Positions 49,649 through 59,244 of a stretch of 64,000 nt of DNA are shown in pieces. Position 1 is the stretch's first letter, and each line of letters begins with the position of its first letter. A program made the translations under genes and the position numbers. This DNA comes from Candidatus Marinacidobacterales bacterium. Lineage in GTDB: Bacteria > Acidobacteriota > Vicinamibacteria > Marinacidobacterales > SMYC01. The stretch is taken from positions 3,264,001 through 3,328,000 of the forward strand of contig OZ250169.1 of assembly GCA_965237955.1 (NCBI GenBank). The letters are read 5' to 3'. The notes below the pieces were generated by a model. That model searched no databases. It was not told the DNA's origin and was given only the letters and a program-made list of their open reading frames with translations.

Positions 49649-50865
49649 TCAGTGGATCCTCTCGAGGGTGAGACCGCCACAGTTTAGGTAGACGAGACTG
49701 ATGAGAGCTTCGGCAGAGTGGAGTCCAAAGCTGCGGTGGCTCAGCAGCCGGATTTTGTTGTTCATTCCTTCGAGTCGGCCGTTGCTGAGTCTCCACGTGA
49801 CCCACGCGATGACGCCATCGAAGTGGCTGTCATCTTCGCCGCGCGTTTGACGGGCTCTATCCTCGAGCTCATAGCGCGCCGCAGCCATCCTCGGAGAAAC
49901 TTCTTGGCCCATGTCTCGGTTTTGTAGGTGTAGAGGTCCATGAAGTCGTCGCGCAGAAGCATGGCGCGGTAGAGGCGACGATTAGCTCGCACCTGCTCGC
50001 GGAGCACCCGTTTGTCTTTCGCGCTGCGGTTGTGTTTGGCCTTGAGAAGGGGAAACTTGGTGTTCTTGAGGTTGCGCCGGGCAGTCCCTTTGAGCTCGCG
50101 CACCAGCTCGCGCCGGGTCTTATCCACGGCCTCGTTCAGATGCTTGACGATGTGGAAGCGGTCAAAGATCACCCGTGCCTGAGGAGCCTTTTTGCCGACG
50201 ACAGTTCTGTACGGCTCCCACATGTCCATGCTGACCGCTTCGAGCTCCGCGGCTCTTTGTGGTCCGAGCTTGCGGAAAAACCGCAGCAGCGTCTTGGCCT
50301 TGCGCTCCTTTCCCGCCCAGACGACCCGGCCGCTGAGATGGTCTATTACCACTGTTAAGTACTTGTGGCGTTTGCGGTAGCTGATCTCGTCCATCCCAAT
50401 CACCCGCAATCCATCGAGCTCGCGCCGCTCATCCCGCTGCTCGGCAACCACTCGCTGGATGATCCGTCGCACCGAACGCCACGTCACCCGGAAATAGTTC
50501 GCTACGGCGCTGACGTCCGTCCTCTGTGCCAGCCACGCTACCTCTTGTTCGAAGCTTTTGGTAAAGCGGCTTCCCTTGTCGGCCCAAGGCACCTTTTCTC
50601 TGACCACTCCACACCGCCGACATACCACTCGTCGGATCGAGTAGCGAAGATAGGTCCGGACTCCGAACAGGTCCAAGTGCCGCCAGTAGCGATTGTAGCG
50701 ATCTTTGTTCTTGCGGACCTTTCGTCCGCAAATCCCGCACAGAGGCTTCCTCCTCCGTGGTACTACATCCACCACCACTCTGGCTTTGTCCGCCTGGAAG
50801 TGGAAACCTCGGACCCACAGGCCTTGCAATCCGATGAGCTTGTTGACTAACGTAGTAACGCGCAT
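49649..50865 (-). pseudogene. ISL3 transposase, frameshifted near 49830
   Basis: Zn finger, GMDE, SMDMW, DRFH; the catalytic SNGRLEGMNNKI lies in a different frame. Confidence 0.88.
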
Positions 50866-50992
50866 CGCGGGAACGCTCTTTTCTCTTTCGGAAAAAAAGA
50901 TTCTAGCGTTCTCGCCGATGCGCATCTACACATGGCTTACCCTCTCAACCCACGGGCCTCACCAAATGCCACTGCCCCTCAGCGGGAGACAA

Positions 50993-51312
50993 GGCTGTGG
51001 GAAACGCCCCCACGGTTCTGGTCGTTCAGACCTTGCTCACGACTGAGTTCTCTTCGAAGCCTGGAAGGGCGTTTTCCATAGCCTCCACTAATCGAGCCCC
51101 CCCTTCCTTATTCCATATGAATTAATCTTTCTTGTATATATATCAGGAGGGGCCTGTGGGCGCTCGTGGGAAACGCGAAGCGTTTTCCAAGCGATTGTGG
51201 AAAACGCCGCTCCACGTTTGTACGTGCTCACAACCTTTCCCTAAACGCCTCTCTCGCCCGGAGTTTCCGGCGTTTTCCACAATCGCGGCAGCGTCCATAG
51301 GCCATGCCCTCC
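50993..51312 (+). other. Structured non-coding region inside ISL3 (hairpins with DnaA-box-like motifs)
   Basis: Stems 50993-51009/51067-51083, 51151-51164/51290-51303, 51167-51189 (GAA loop) and a perfect 19-bp stem 51191-51209/51268-51286. Confidence 0.8.
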
Positions 51313-52039
51313 AACACAAATCAGATCCCCCGAAACGACAGGAGAACCCCATTTTTGCCTCGTCGACGAACATGTCGACGAAGTCCTTGTTATTCGACAA
51401 GTGTGGCAGGGATGCGCTTGACTGCAACGACCTTTTCGAATCCTTCGACGCCTTTCCGCTTCGCGCGGAACACTTCCGCCATACCGCCAACCGCCAACCG
51501 CTCGAGCAGCACGTAGCGGCCGTATTCGGAAGCTCCGTCCTCGCTCTGAACGGCCGGGATCTTCTCCAAGCGCTCGACGTCTTTGTGGAGATGCGAATCC
51601 TTCAACAGGGTGGAGTAGGCCGCATCGAGGAGCGAATATTGCTCCCTGTCCATATTGTCCGCAGGTGGTACGCCGGCGTACGGGTCGGTGTCCGCTACCC
51701 TGGGGTCCGGCGGCGCCGAATGGGCATGGCCCGCGCTTGGAGTCGCCGTTTCGTCGCCCGCCGCGGCACCGTCCCCCTTGAAATCGTCGATGATGTCGCC
51801 GAACAGGTCCGTCGATGTCAGGAGGCTCTGAGCAGCGTCGCTATCGCCTCGCCGCCGCACTTTCTTGCGGATGGCGCTCGGGTCGACGCCGAGGATGTCG
51901 CTATAAGGGGCACCGTCCGTAAAGGGATTGGCATCCTTACGTTTGGTCATGACCCCTCAGAGGCACCTCGACAGCTCAAAAAGCGGGAAGCCGTGATAAT
52001 ACGACAAAAAGCCTGCGGGTACCAGTCGTTCGCGACCTC

Positions 52040-52678
52040 TTAGTGCACCGCTACCGAGACAGGCTCCTGCTCTTCGCCGTGGCTTCCCGCGGCATCGCTC
52101 GAAACTCCGAGCTGAGCTTCCTTCTTCTCGCGGAGCTTCTTGACCCGCGCCGTCACTTCGCTCGCATCTCCCGCGGAAGCCTCGATGGCTTTCAGCTCGT
52201 CGAACTCCTCGACGCTCTGGCGGCGAAGGCGCTCTAGCATGGCGTTGAAAACCTCGGGAAAATCGTTGAGGAAATATCCGTTCCGAAACTGGAGCTTGAA
52301 CGCCAAGTCTCCCTGCCCCACACGATCGAGACTCTTCTTGGTGCGGTACAGTGGCCCCGCGATCTGGTTGCTCATGTAGAGCGCGATGATCCCGAGCACG
52401 ATGACCCCGAACACCGAAACGAACAGGATCGAGACCGCGAACAAGTTCGGCAGAGACAGCAGAGGTAGCAAGCCTTCCCGCGGAACGAGATCGTAGAACC
52501 GATTCAGGTGTCCGTCGTAGAGAAGGTAGAGCACCAAAGTGAAGAACACCGTGTTGGCGGCCCAGATGCACAGAAGCGTCCCGATCAGCCTGTACTGGAA
52601 GGGTTTGTCGATGATGTACTGGCGTTTGTAAAACGGCGGGCGGCCGCCGTAACCAGCGGGTCTACTCTCATTGCTCAT
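52040..52678 (-). CDS. Two-TM membrane protein with a HAMP-like region
   Basis: RQYIIDKPFQ, two TM helices, SNQIAGPLYR...GDL. Confidence 0.7.
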   Translation of the reverse strand: MSNESRPAGYGGRPPFYKRQYIIDKPFQYRLIGTLLCIWAANTVFFTLVLYLLYDGHLNRFYDLVPREGLLPLLSLPNLFAVSILFVSVFGVIVLGIIALYMSNQIAGPLYRTKKSLDRVGQGDLAFKLQFRNGYFLNDFPEVFNAMLERLRRQSVEEFDELKAIEASAGDASEVTARVKKLREKKEAQLGVSSDAAGSHGEEQEPVSVAVH

Positions 52679-52846
52679 TAGATAACCTCCGGCGGGGAGG
52701 GCGCAGTCTCCCCAAGGGTTCAGAAGCGTGCAGTAGTCCGCGGGTCCCGATCGACTAAGGATTAATGATGTAAGGAGTACTCAATTAGAGTACCACGCAG
52801 CTCGACGGGCGGGCAACCGGGGGTCACTGAAATTGACTCGCGGGGG

Positions 52847-53479
52847 TTATCGAGACTGCCCGGCGGGGACGTAGAATCGGGTTCCGCCGGGCATGAGCTG
52901 GATTTCCTGGAGCAGGTCGGTCAGGTCGGCATCCGGGTCCCCGAAATCCACGTCGGCCGAGCTCACCACGAGAAGCGGCGTCTGGGAATAGTGAAAGAAG
53001 AAATAGTCATACGCGTGGACGATCTCGAGCAAATCCTCTTCCGCCATGGCGTCGACCCCGGAGCGCTGCCGCAAGCGTTTCGCGAGCACCTCGGCGGGCA
53101 CCTGTAGATAGACGACGAGCTCGGGCGACGGCACTTCCACGGCGAGCGGCCCGTAGATCTTCTCGTAGAGCATGAGCTCGGTATCATCCAAATGGAGGTA
53201 CGCGTAAACCTTGTCTCGGTTGAGGATGAAGTCGGAAATCTGCGTTTGCGAAAACAGCTCGCGCTGCGCCAATCCGGAGAGCTGGCGGTAGCGGTTCAGC
53301 AAGAAGAAAATCTGCGCCTGGAACGCGGCACCGCCTTTTCCCGCCAGGAAGTCTCTGAGGAAAGGGTTGTTCTTTTCTTCGGGTCGAGCCGCGCCGTCGA
53401 GCCGCGCCGCGAGCCCTTTCGAAAGCTCGGTTTTGCCAACGCCTGGTGGACCCTCGACGGCGATATACCGGAAGGTCAT
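52847..53479 (-). CDS. Deoxynucleoside kinase
   Basis: IAVEGPPGVGKT, NPFLRDF, QIFFLLNRY, PELVVYLQ. Confidence 0.9.
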   Translation of the reverse strand: MTFRYIAVEGPPGVGKTELSKGLAARLDGAARPEEKNNPFLRDFLAGKGGAAFQAQIFFLLNRYRQLSGLAQRELFSQTQISDFILNRDKVYAYLHLDDTELMLYEKIYGPLAVEVPSPELVVYLQVPAEVLAKRLRQRSGVDAMAEEDLLEIVHAYDYFFFHYSQTPLLVVSSADVDFGDPDADLTDLLQEIQLMPGGTRFYVPAGQSR

Positions 53480-53973
53480 GGGGCGAACGCGTCCTCGAGC
53501 CGGACGACTTTGCTCTCGTCCGGGCACTCTTGGAGCAGGTCGCGCATCGTCTTCCGCAACCCGGGGTGGATGGCGTCGGGAGCAATTTCCACCATCGGCT
53601 CGAGAACGAAACGGCGTTCATGAAGCCGCGGGTGCGGGATCGTCAGCTCATCGGTCGAAAGGACGGTGTCTCCGAGCAGCAACACGTCGAGATCGAGGAT
53701 GCGCGGCTCGTTACGACAACAGCTGCGCTCGCGTCCGCGGGCCGCTTCCACGTTCACGCAAATCTGGAGAAGCTCGTCGGGTCGTCCCCCGAAGCGGATC
53801 TCGGCGACCGCATTGACGAACCAAGCTTGGTTCGGCGCGTCGACCGGCTCCGTTTGGTAGAGACTCGAGCGCGAACGCAGCTCGACGCCCCGGGATTCCA
53901 ATTCCGAGACGGCCCCGCGTAGCTCGGCGATGGGATCGCCGAGGTTCGACCCCAGTCCGATGTAGCCGTCCAC
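53476..53973 (-). CDS. folK: Hydroxymethyldihydropteridine pyrophosphokinase
   Basis: YIGLGSNLG, PRILDLDVL, IPHPRLHERRFVL. Confidence 0.95.
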   Translation of the reverse strand: MDGYIGLGSNLGDPIAELRGAVSELESRGVELRSRSSLYQTEPVDAPNQAWFVNAVAEIRFGGRPDELLQICVNVEAARGRERSCCRNEPRILDLDVLLLGDTVLSTDELTIPHPRLHERRFVLEPMVEIAPDAIHPGLRKTMRDLLQECPDESKVVRLEDAFAP

Positions 53974-54053
53974 AGCCGGAATTATACGTTAATCGCAGCA
54001 ACTGTCGGCGGGGGGGGCGGTGTGCTAACATTCCGCGCAACCTGGGGTGACGT

Positions 54054-55853
54054 ATGGAGTTCGCGACTCTCAACCAACTTCTCGCGCAAGCGGTCAAGAC
54101 CCACCAAAAACCGGATGCGCTCTCTTACAAAAAAGACGGCACCTGGCACCGAATCTCCTCTGAAGAGTGGCTTGCGCGTGCGCGGAACATCGCTCTGGGA
54201 CTCCACGGGCTGGGCGTGCGCGCCGGCGACCGCGTGGCGCTCCTCTCTGAAAACCGTCCGGAATGGTTTCTTGTCGACTCGGGCATGCAGATCCTCGGTG
54301 CGGTGAACGTACCGCTTTACTCCACGCTGATGCCCGGGCAAATCGCCTACGTCGTCAACGATTCGGGCGCGAAAGTCCTGATCGCCTCCGACGGGAGCCA
54401 GCAGAAGAAGATCGCCGAGATCAAGAAAGAGCTCCGCGCGGTGGAGCACTTCGTGGTCCTCGACGCGAGTGCGGAGCTCGACGCCATCTCACTTTCGTCG
54501 ATCGAAGAAAAAGGCAAAGCAGCCGGCGAGAAGGATCCCGAGCTCGCGCAAAAATTGGCCGACGCCGTCTCTCCCGAAGATTTGGCGAGCATCGTGTACA
54601 CGTCGGGAACGACCGGCGACCCCAAGGGAGTCATGCTCACGCACGACAACCTGGTGTCCAACGTTCACGCAGGCCTCAAAGTTCTGCCGGTCAACAAAGA
54701 CGACATCGCGCTATCGGCGCTTCCCTACAGCCACGTGTTCGAACGGATGGTGGCGATTTACCTCTATCCTGCGGCTGGTGCCAGCATCGCCATTGCGGGA
54801 AGCATCGAGGAAGTGCCTCAAAATCTCGGCGAGATCCGGCCGACGATCATGACCATGGTGCCGCGCTTCTACGAAAAACTCTACGCGCGCGTGAAAGGAT
54901 CCGTCGATCAAGGGAGCGCAGGCAAGAAGAAGATCTTCGAGTGGGCGATTGGAGTCGGCGGGGAGCATGGCGAGTACCGACTGAAAGGCACCTCGGCTCC
55001 CTTCATGCTCGAGCTCAAGTACAAAATCGCGAACGCTCTGGTGTTCGGAAAGCTCAAAGCGCGTATCGGCGGCCGGCTTCGTTTCTTCGTTTCCGGTGCG
55101 GCGCCGCTCGCCAAGGAGATCGCGGATTTCTTCTGGGCCGCGGGTATTACCATCCTCGAAGGCTACGGGCTGACCGAGACGTCACCCTTGATCTCGGTGA
55201 ACCGCCCCGGGGCGATCAAGTTCGGCACCGTGGGACAGATCGCCCCCGGAGTCGAAGTCAAAATCGCGGACGACGGCGAGATCTGCGCACGTGGACCCAA
55301 CGTGATGAAGGGCTATTACAAGAACGACGCTGCGACCCGCGAGGTCATCGACAGCGACGGTTTCTTCCACACTGGCGACATCGGCGAGCTCGACGGTGAC
55401 GGTTTTCTGAAAATCACCGATCGCAAGAAGGACATCATCGTGACCGCGGGCGGGAAGAACATCGCACCACAGCCCATCGAAGGCCGGATGAAAACCAACG
55501 CGTACATCGCCGAGATCGTCGTCGTCGGCAACAAGCGCAAGTTCCCTGCGGCTCTCGTGGTTCCCGACTTCGACAAACTGATGGTCTGGTGTCGCGCGGA
55601 GTCGATCCCGGCAGACAGCCGCGAGGTCGTGGCATCTCACCCCAAAGTGATGGAGTTCATTCTCGCGCAGATTGAGGATTTGAGCGGCGGCTTCGCCAAG
55701 TACGAGCGGGTCAAGAAAATCACGATTCTCGCAAAGGAGTTCACGATCGAGAACGGGGAGCTGACACCGACGATGAAGGTCAAGCGCAAAGTGATCGAGT
55801 CGAGCTACAAGCACTTGATCGACGAGATGTATCAAGAGTCCGCCAGCGCATGA
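54054..55853 (+). CDS. fadD: Long-chain fatty acid--CoA ligase
   Basis: YTSGTTGDPKG, EGYGLTE, FHTGDIG, DRKKD, ELTPTMKVKR. Confidence 0.9.
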   Translation: MEFATLNQLLAQAVKTHQKPDALSYKKDGTWHRISSEEWLARARNIALGLHGLGVRAGDRVALLSENRPEWFLVDSGMQILGAVNVPLYSTLMPGQIAYVVNDSGAKVLIASDGSQQKKIAEIKKELRAVEHFVVLDASAELDAISLSSIEEKGKAAGEKDPELAQKLADAVSPEDLASIVYTSGTTGDPKGVMLTHDNLVSNVHAGLKVLPVNKDDIALSALPYSHVFERMVAIYLYPAAGASIAIAGSIEEVPQNLGEIRPTIMTMVPRFYEKLYARVKGSVDQGSAGKKKIFEWAIGVGGEHGEYRLKGTSAPFMLELKYKIANALVFGKLKARIGGRLRFFVSGAAPLAKEIADFFWAAGITILEGYGLTETSPLISVNRPGAIKFGTVGQIAPGVEVKIADDGEICARGPNVMKGYYKNDAATREVIDSDGFFHTGDIGELDGDGFLKITDRKKDIIVTAGGKNIAPQPIEGRMKTNAYIAEIVVVGNKRKFPAALVVPDFDKLMVWCRAESIPADSREVVASHPKVMEFILAQIEDLSGGFAKYERVKKITILAKEFTIENGELTPTMKVKRKVIESSYKHLIDEMYQESASA

Positions 55854-55869
55854 GCGAGCCAGCCACCGC

Positions 55870-57336
55870 ATGAGCGAGTATGACACCGTTATCGGGCTCG
55901 AATGCCACGCGCAGCTTTTGACGACGACGAAGCTTTTTTGCGGATGCCGCGCGAGCTTCGGGGCGCCACCGAACACCAACATTTGTCCCGTTTGCATCGG
56001 CCTACCGGGAGCACTGCCGGTCCTGAATCGTCACGCCGTCGAGCTCGCAACCCGAGCTGCGCTCGCCTGTGGCTGCCGTATCAACGAGACGTCGGTCTTC
56101 GCCCGCAAGAACTATTTCTACCCCGACCTTCCCAAGGGCTATCAGATCTCCCAATACGATCGCCCTCTCGCCGAAGGCGGGTCGATTGCGCTGGACGAGA
56201 ACAACAAAACCATCCGCATCGAACGCGTCCACATAGAGGAAGACGCCGGCAAGCTCCTCCACGAAGGCTTTGCGGATGCCGCGTCGAAAAGCGGCGTGGA
56301 TTTCAATCGAAGCGGCGTCCCTCTCATCGAGATCGTCAGCGAGCCCGACATGTCGAGCCCGGACGAGGCCACGCGCTACGCTGAATCTCTCAAAGAGATT
56401 GTCGAGTACACCGAGGCCTCGGACGCCGACATGGAAAAGGGAAATTTCCGCTTCGACGGCAATGTGTCGGTGAGGCCGCAAGGCACGAGCGAGCTCGGCA
56501 CCAAAGTCGAGTTGAAAAACCTCAACTCGTTTCGATTTCTTGCGCAAGCGCTCGCGTTCGAGGTCGACCGCCAAATCGAGCTCATCGAATCCGGCGGTCG
56601 GGTAGTTCAAGAGACCCGGCTCTACGATCCGGACGCTGGCAAGACCGTTTCGATGCGCAGCAAAGAAGAGGCGCACGACTATCGCTACTTTCCCGAGCCT
56701 GACTTGCCGCCTGTGAAGCTGGCCGCAGCGTGGATCGAAGAGACTCGCGAGAACCTTCCCGAGCTTCCCGCTGCAAGGCGTGAGCGCCTCGTCTCCGCCT
56801 ACGGCCTTCCGCGCTACGATGCCGGTGTTCTCACGAGCTCGCGTGAGCTCGCCGATTACTTCGAGACCGCGGCCGAGAGCTCGGGAAACCCCAAGGCCGC
56901 GAGCAATTGGGTCATGTCGGAGGTTTTGCGCAAAGTGCGCAAAGTGCGCAAAGTGCCCAAAGTGAAAAACACCGGCGCTGCGCTCGCTGAGCTTCCGGTG
57001 GCGCCCCGAGCGTTGGGAGAGCTCATCAAGCTCATCGACGACGGCGCCATCAGCAACACGATCGCAAAAGACGTCTTCGAGAAGATGTTCTCGAGCGGGG
57101 ATGCCCCCGGTGCCATCGTCGAGCGAGAAGGATTGACGCAGATCTCCGATACGTCGGCGATCGAAGACCTCGTCCGTGGCGTCATCGACGAAAACCCCGA
57201 CCAGGTCACCGAGCTCCGGGCCGGCAAGGATAAAGTGCTGGGCTGGATGGTGGGACAAATCATGAAGGCCTCGCGTGGTCAGGCCAATCCGAAGCTCGCG
57301 CGCGAAACGCTAGTGCGACTTCTCGAAGAATCTTGA
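55870..57336 (+). CDS. gatB: Asp/Glu-tRNA amidotransferase subunit B
   Basis: IGLECH, RKNYFYPDLPKGYQISQ, DFNRSGVPLIEIV, MRSKEEAHDYRYFPEPD. Confidence 0.97.
   Translation: MSEYDTVIGLECHAQLLTTTKLFCGCRASFGAPPNTNICPVCIGLPGALPVLNRHAVELATRAALACGCRINETSVFARKNYFYPDLPKGYQISQYDRPLAEGGSIALDENNKTIRIERVHIEEDAGKLLHEGFADAASKSGVDFNRSGVPLIEIVSEPDMSSPDEATRYAESLKEIVEYTEASDADMEKGNFRFDGNVSVRPQGTSELGTKVELKNLNSFRFLAQALAFEVDRQIELIESGGRVVQETRLYDPDAGKTVSMRSKEEAHDYRYFPEPDLPPVKLAAAWIEETRENLPELPAARRERLVSAYGLPRYDAGVLTSSRELADYFETAAESSGNPKAASNWVMSEVLRKVRKVRKVPKVKNTGAALAELPVAPRALGELIKLIDDGAISNTIAKDVFEKMFSSGDAPGAIVEREGLTQISDTSAIEDLVRGVIDENPDQVTELRAGKDKVLGWMVGQIMKASRGQANPKLARETLVRLLEES
56929..56964 (+). repeat. In-frame 9-bp tandem repeat in gatB
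   Basis: CGCAAAGTG x3 plus CCCAAAGTG, encoding RKVRKVRKVPKV. Confidence 0.9.
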
Positions 57337-57989
57337 TCCAAACGTTTCACGTCTACAAGCAGTACGGGCGCGACAACGCCGCGCTTTCCGACGTGACCCT
57401 CGAGATCGACAAGGGCGAGTTCGTTTTTCTCACCGGACCGAGCGGCGCGGGAAAAACGACCTTCTTGAAGCTCATCTTCCGTGAAGAGACGCCGTCACAG
57501 GGTCAGATCCTCGTGAACGGAAGAAACGTCTCCGCGATACCGGAAGCGAAGATACCGTTTCTGCGGCGCGATATCGGTGTCGTCTTCCAAGACTTCAAGC
57601 TGCTACGGCGAAAGACGGTGTTCGAGAACGTCGCGTTCGTGTTGCGCGTCATGGGAATCGCGAAGCCGGAGCGCAAGCGCCGCGCGTTCCAAATTCTGAA
57701 GCAGGTCGGACTCCATCACAAGATGAACAGCTACCCGTTGCAGCTCTCCGGCGGAGAGCAGCAGCGTGTCGCGATCGCGCGGGCGCTCATCAACGAGCCG
57801 GTGCTCCTACTCGCGGACGAGCCGACCGGGAACCTCGACCCCGAGCTTGCGTTCGAAATCATGTCGTTGTTTCAGGAGATCAATGCGCGGGGCACGACGG
57901 TGCTCGTGGCGACGCATGATCGAGACATGATCACGCGGCTCGGGAAGCGGGTGATTAATTTGGAGAAGGGGCGGGTGGCAGAATCGTGA
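57333..57989 (+). CDS. ftsE: Cell division ATP-binding protein
   Basis: [42 protein letters not shown]. Confidence 0.92.
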   Translation: MIQTFHVYKQYGRDNAALSDVTLEIDKGEFVFLTGPSGAGKTTFLKLIFREETPSQGQILVNGRNVSAIPEAKIPFLRRDIGVVFQDFKLLRRKTVFENVAFVLRVMGIAKPERKRRAFQILKQVGLHHKMNSYPLQLSGGEQQRVAIARALINEPVLLLADEPTGNLDPELAFEIMSLFQEINARGTTVLVATHDRDMITRLGKRVINLEKGRVAES

Positions 57990-58046
57990 CGGCCATCGGC
58001 CATCAGCCATCAGCGGGTTCGCGTCGACGAGCTTTGGGTCAACGTT

Positions 58047-58211
58047 TTGCCGGTACTCATAGGTTTGGCTGGGGGAACCAGCTCCGGGAAGACGAGTTTT
58101 GCTCGAGCCATCGTCGAACGCATCGGAGCCGACAAGGCGGTGCTTCTTTCACAGGACGCTTACTACGTCGATCTGTCGCATTTGCCATTCGAAGCGCGTA
58201 GCGTCGCCTAA
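58047..58211 (+). pseudogene. udk: Uridine kinase N-terminal fragment
   Basis: [16 protein letters not shown]...[18 protein letters not shown] then stop; not in the ORF track. Confidence 0.75.
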
Positions 58212-58231
58212 CTCTCGTTCGACTCGATGGA

Positions 58232-58266
58232 CTTTGCGCCTTCGCGTCTCGGCGCCTTTGCGTTGA
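58232..58266 (-). repeat. Solitary arm of the 8-bp-unit element seen at 6474
   Basis: Reverse complement TCAACGCAAAGGCGCCGAGACGCGAAGGCGCAAAG closely matches 6474-6508. Confidence 0.8.
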
Positions 58267-58272
58267 AAAGGT

Positions 58273-59181
58273 TTAGACGGCGCTGGCGAGGAACTTCCGG
58301 ACGGAAAGCACGCTACCGACGAGGCCGACGAACATCCCGCCAAAAACGATCGCCACCCACGCCGACGGGGGGACGAAACGCAACCAATCCGACGTCGGCA
58401 AAAGCTCGAAAGAACGTAGCGCTTCACGCAACAGATACTGGTGTGCGACGTACAAAAGCCCGAGCGCAAGAGCGCCCCCGAAACCACCTTGGAGAATTCC
58501 TTCCACCAAGAAAGGACCTCGAATGTACGCGTGGGTTGCGCCGACGAGGCGCATGATGCCGATCTCGTCTTGACGACCATAAACGGTGAGCTTGATGACA
58601 TTGAAGATGGTAAACATCGAAGCGACGACGAGGGCGCCTCCGATGGTGAGCCCGATGATGCGAACGAGCTCGATGATTCCGGTGAGCCGTTCGATCCACA
58701 GGAGGTCGTAATCCACTTCGGACACCGCGCCGAGCGTTCCCAGACGACGGGCGAAGGTGCGCACCCTGTCGGGAGCTCGGTAGTCGGCCGCGACCTGTAC
58801 CTCGTAGGAGGCGGGAAGCGGGTTCGATTCGAGCACATCCGGCAACGTGTCGAGCTCCGGAAAGTAGGACTGGAATCGCGCGATCGCCTCGTCTTTCGAG
58901 ACGAAGTCGAACGACTCGATTTCCGCGCCCTGAGACAAGACGCGCTCGACCTCCTCTCGGTCCGCCTCGCTCGCGTCTTCTACGAGATACAGGGTGATCT
59001 GCACCCGGCTCGCCCAGCCTTCCATGAGCTCGTTCAGGCTCATGGAAACCGTGAGAAACACACCGAGGATGAAGAGCGACACCGCAATCGTGGCAATCGA
59101 GACGAGGTTCACGAGTCGATTGCGCCAAAGCTCGACGAAGGCTTCTTCGATGCAGTAGCCGAAAGCCCGGAGTAATCGCAT
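58273..59181 (-). CDS. ftsX: Cell division permease
   Basis: TM1, FVSKDEA, NPLPAS, IFNVIKLTVYGRQDEIGIMRLVGAT..YIRGPF..EG. Confidence 0.93.
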   Translation of the reverse strand: MRLLRAFGYCIEEAFVELWRNRLVNLVSIATIAVSLFILGVFLTVSMSLNELMEGWASRVQITLYLVEDASEADREEVERVLSQGAEIESFDFVSKDEAIARFQSYFPELDTLPDVLESNPLPASYEVQVAADYRAPDRVRTFARRLGTLGAVSEVDYDLLWIERLTGIIELVRIIGLTIGGALVVASMFTIFNVIKLTVYGRQDEIGIMRLVGATHAYIRGPFLVEGILQGGFGGALALGLLYVAHQYLLREALRSFELLPTSDWLRFVPPSAWVAIVFGGMFVGLVGSVLSVRKFLASAV

Positions 59182-59244
59182 GCTCGGGGCCCTATTTCAT
59201 ATCTTTATATTAGTGGTGGGACGAGCTCGCGGGTGATGGAAGCC

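Larger units (their letters stand above)
49634..51348 (-). mobile_element. ISL3-family insertion sequence (1715 bp)
   Basis: 8-bp TSD CCATTTTT (49626-49633, 51349-51356); 25-bp imperfect IRs at 49634-49658 and 51324-51348. Confidence 0.93.
48880..51950 (-). pseudogene. Ser/Thr protein kinase split by ISL3, with a +1 frameshift (~51409) and a 12-bp duplication
   Basis: N-half GGMAEVF...VAVKRI(LPH)...FVDEAKM; C-half HPNI, HRDVSPQN, DFG, KLLYKLLYMSPE. Confidence 0.9.

Noticed and set aside
52777-52793. Palindrome GTACTC-N5-GAGTAC upstream of the HAMP-like gene
   Set aside because: A single 6-bp half-site pair with no second copy or cognate regulator; could be chance.
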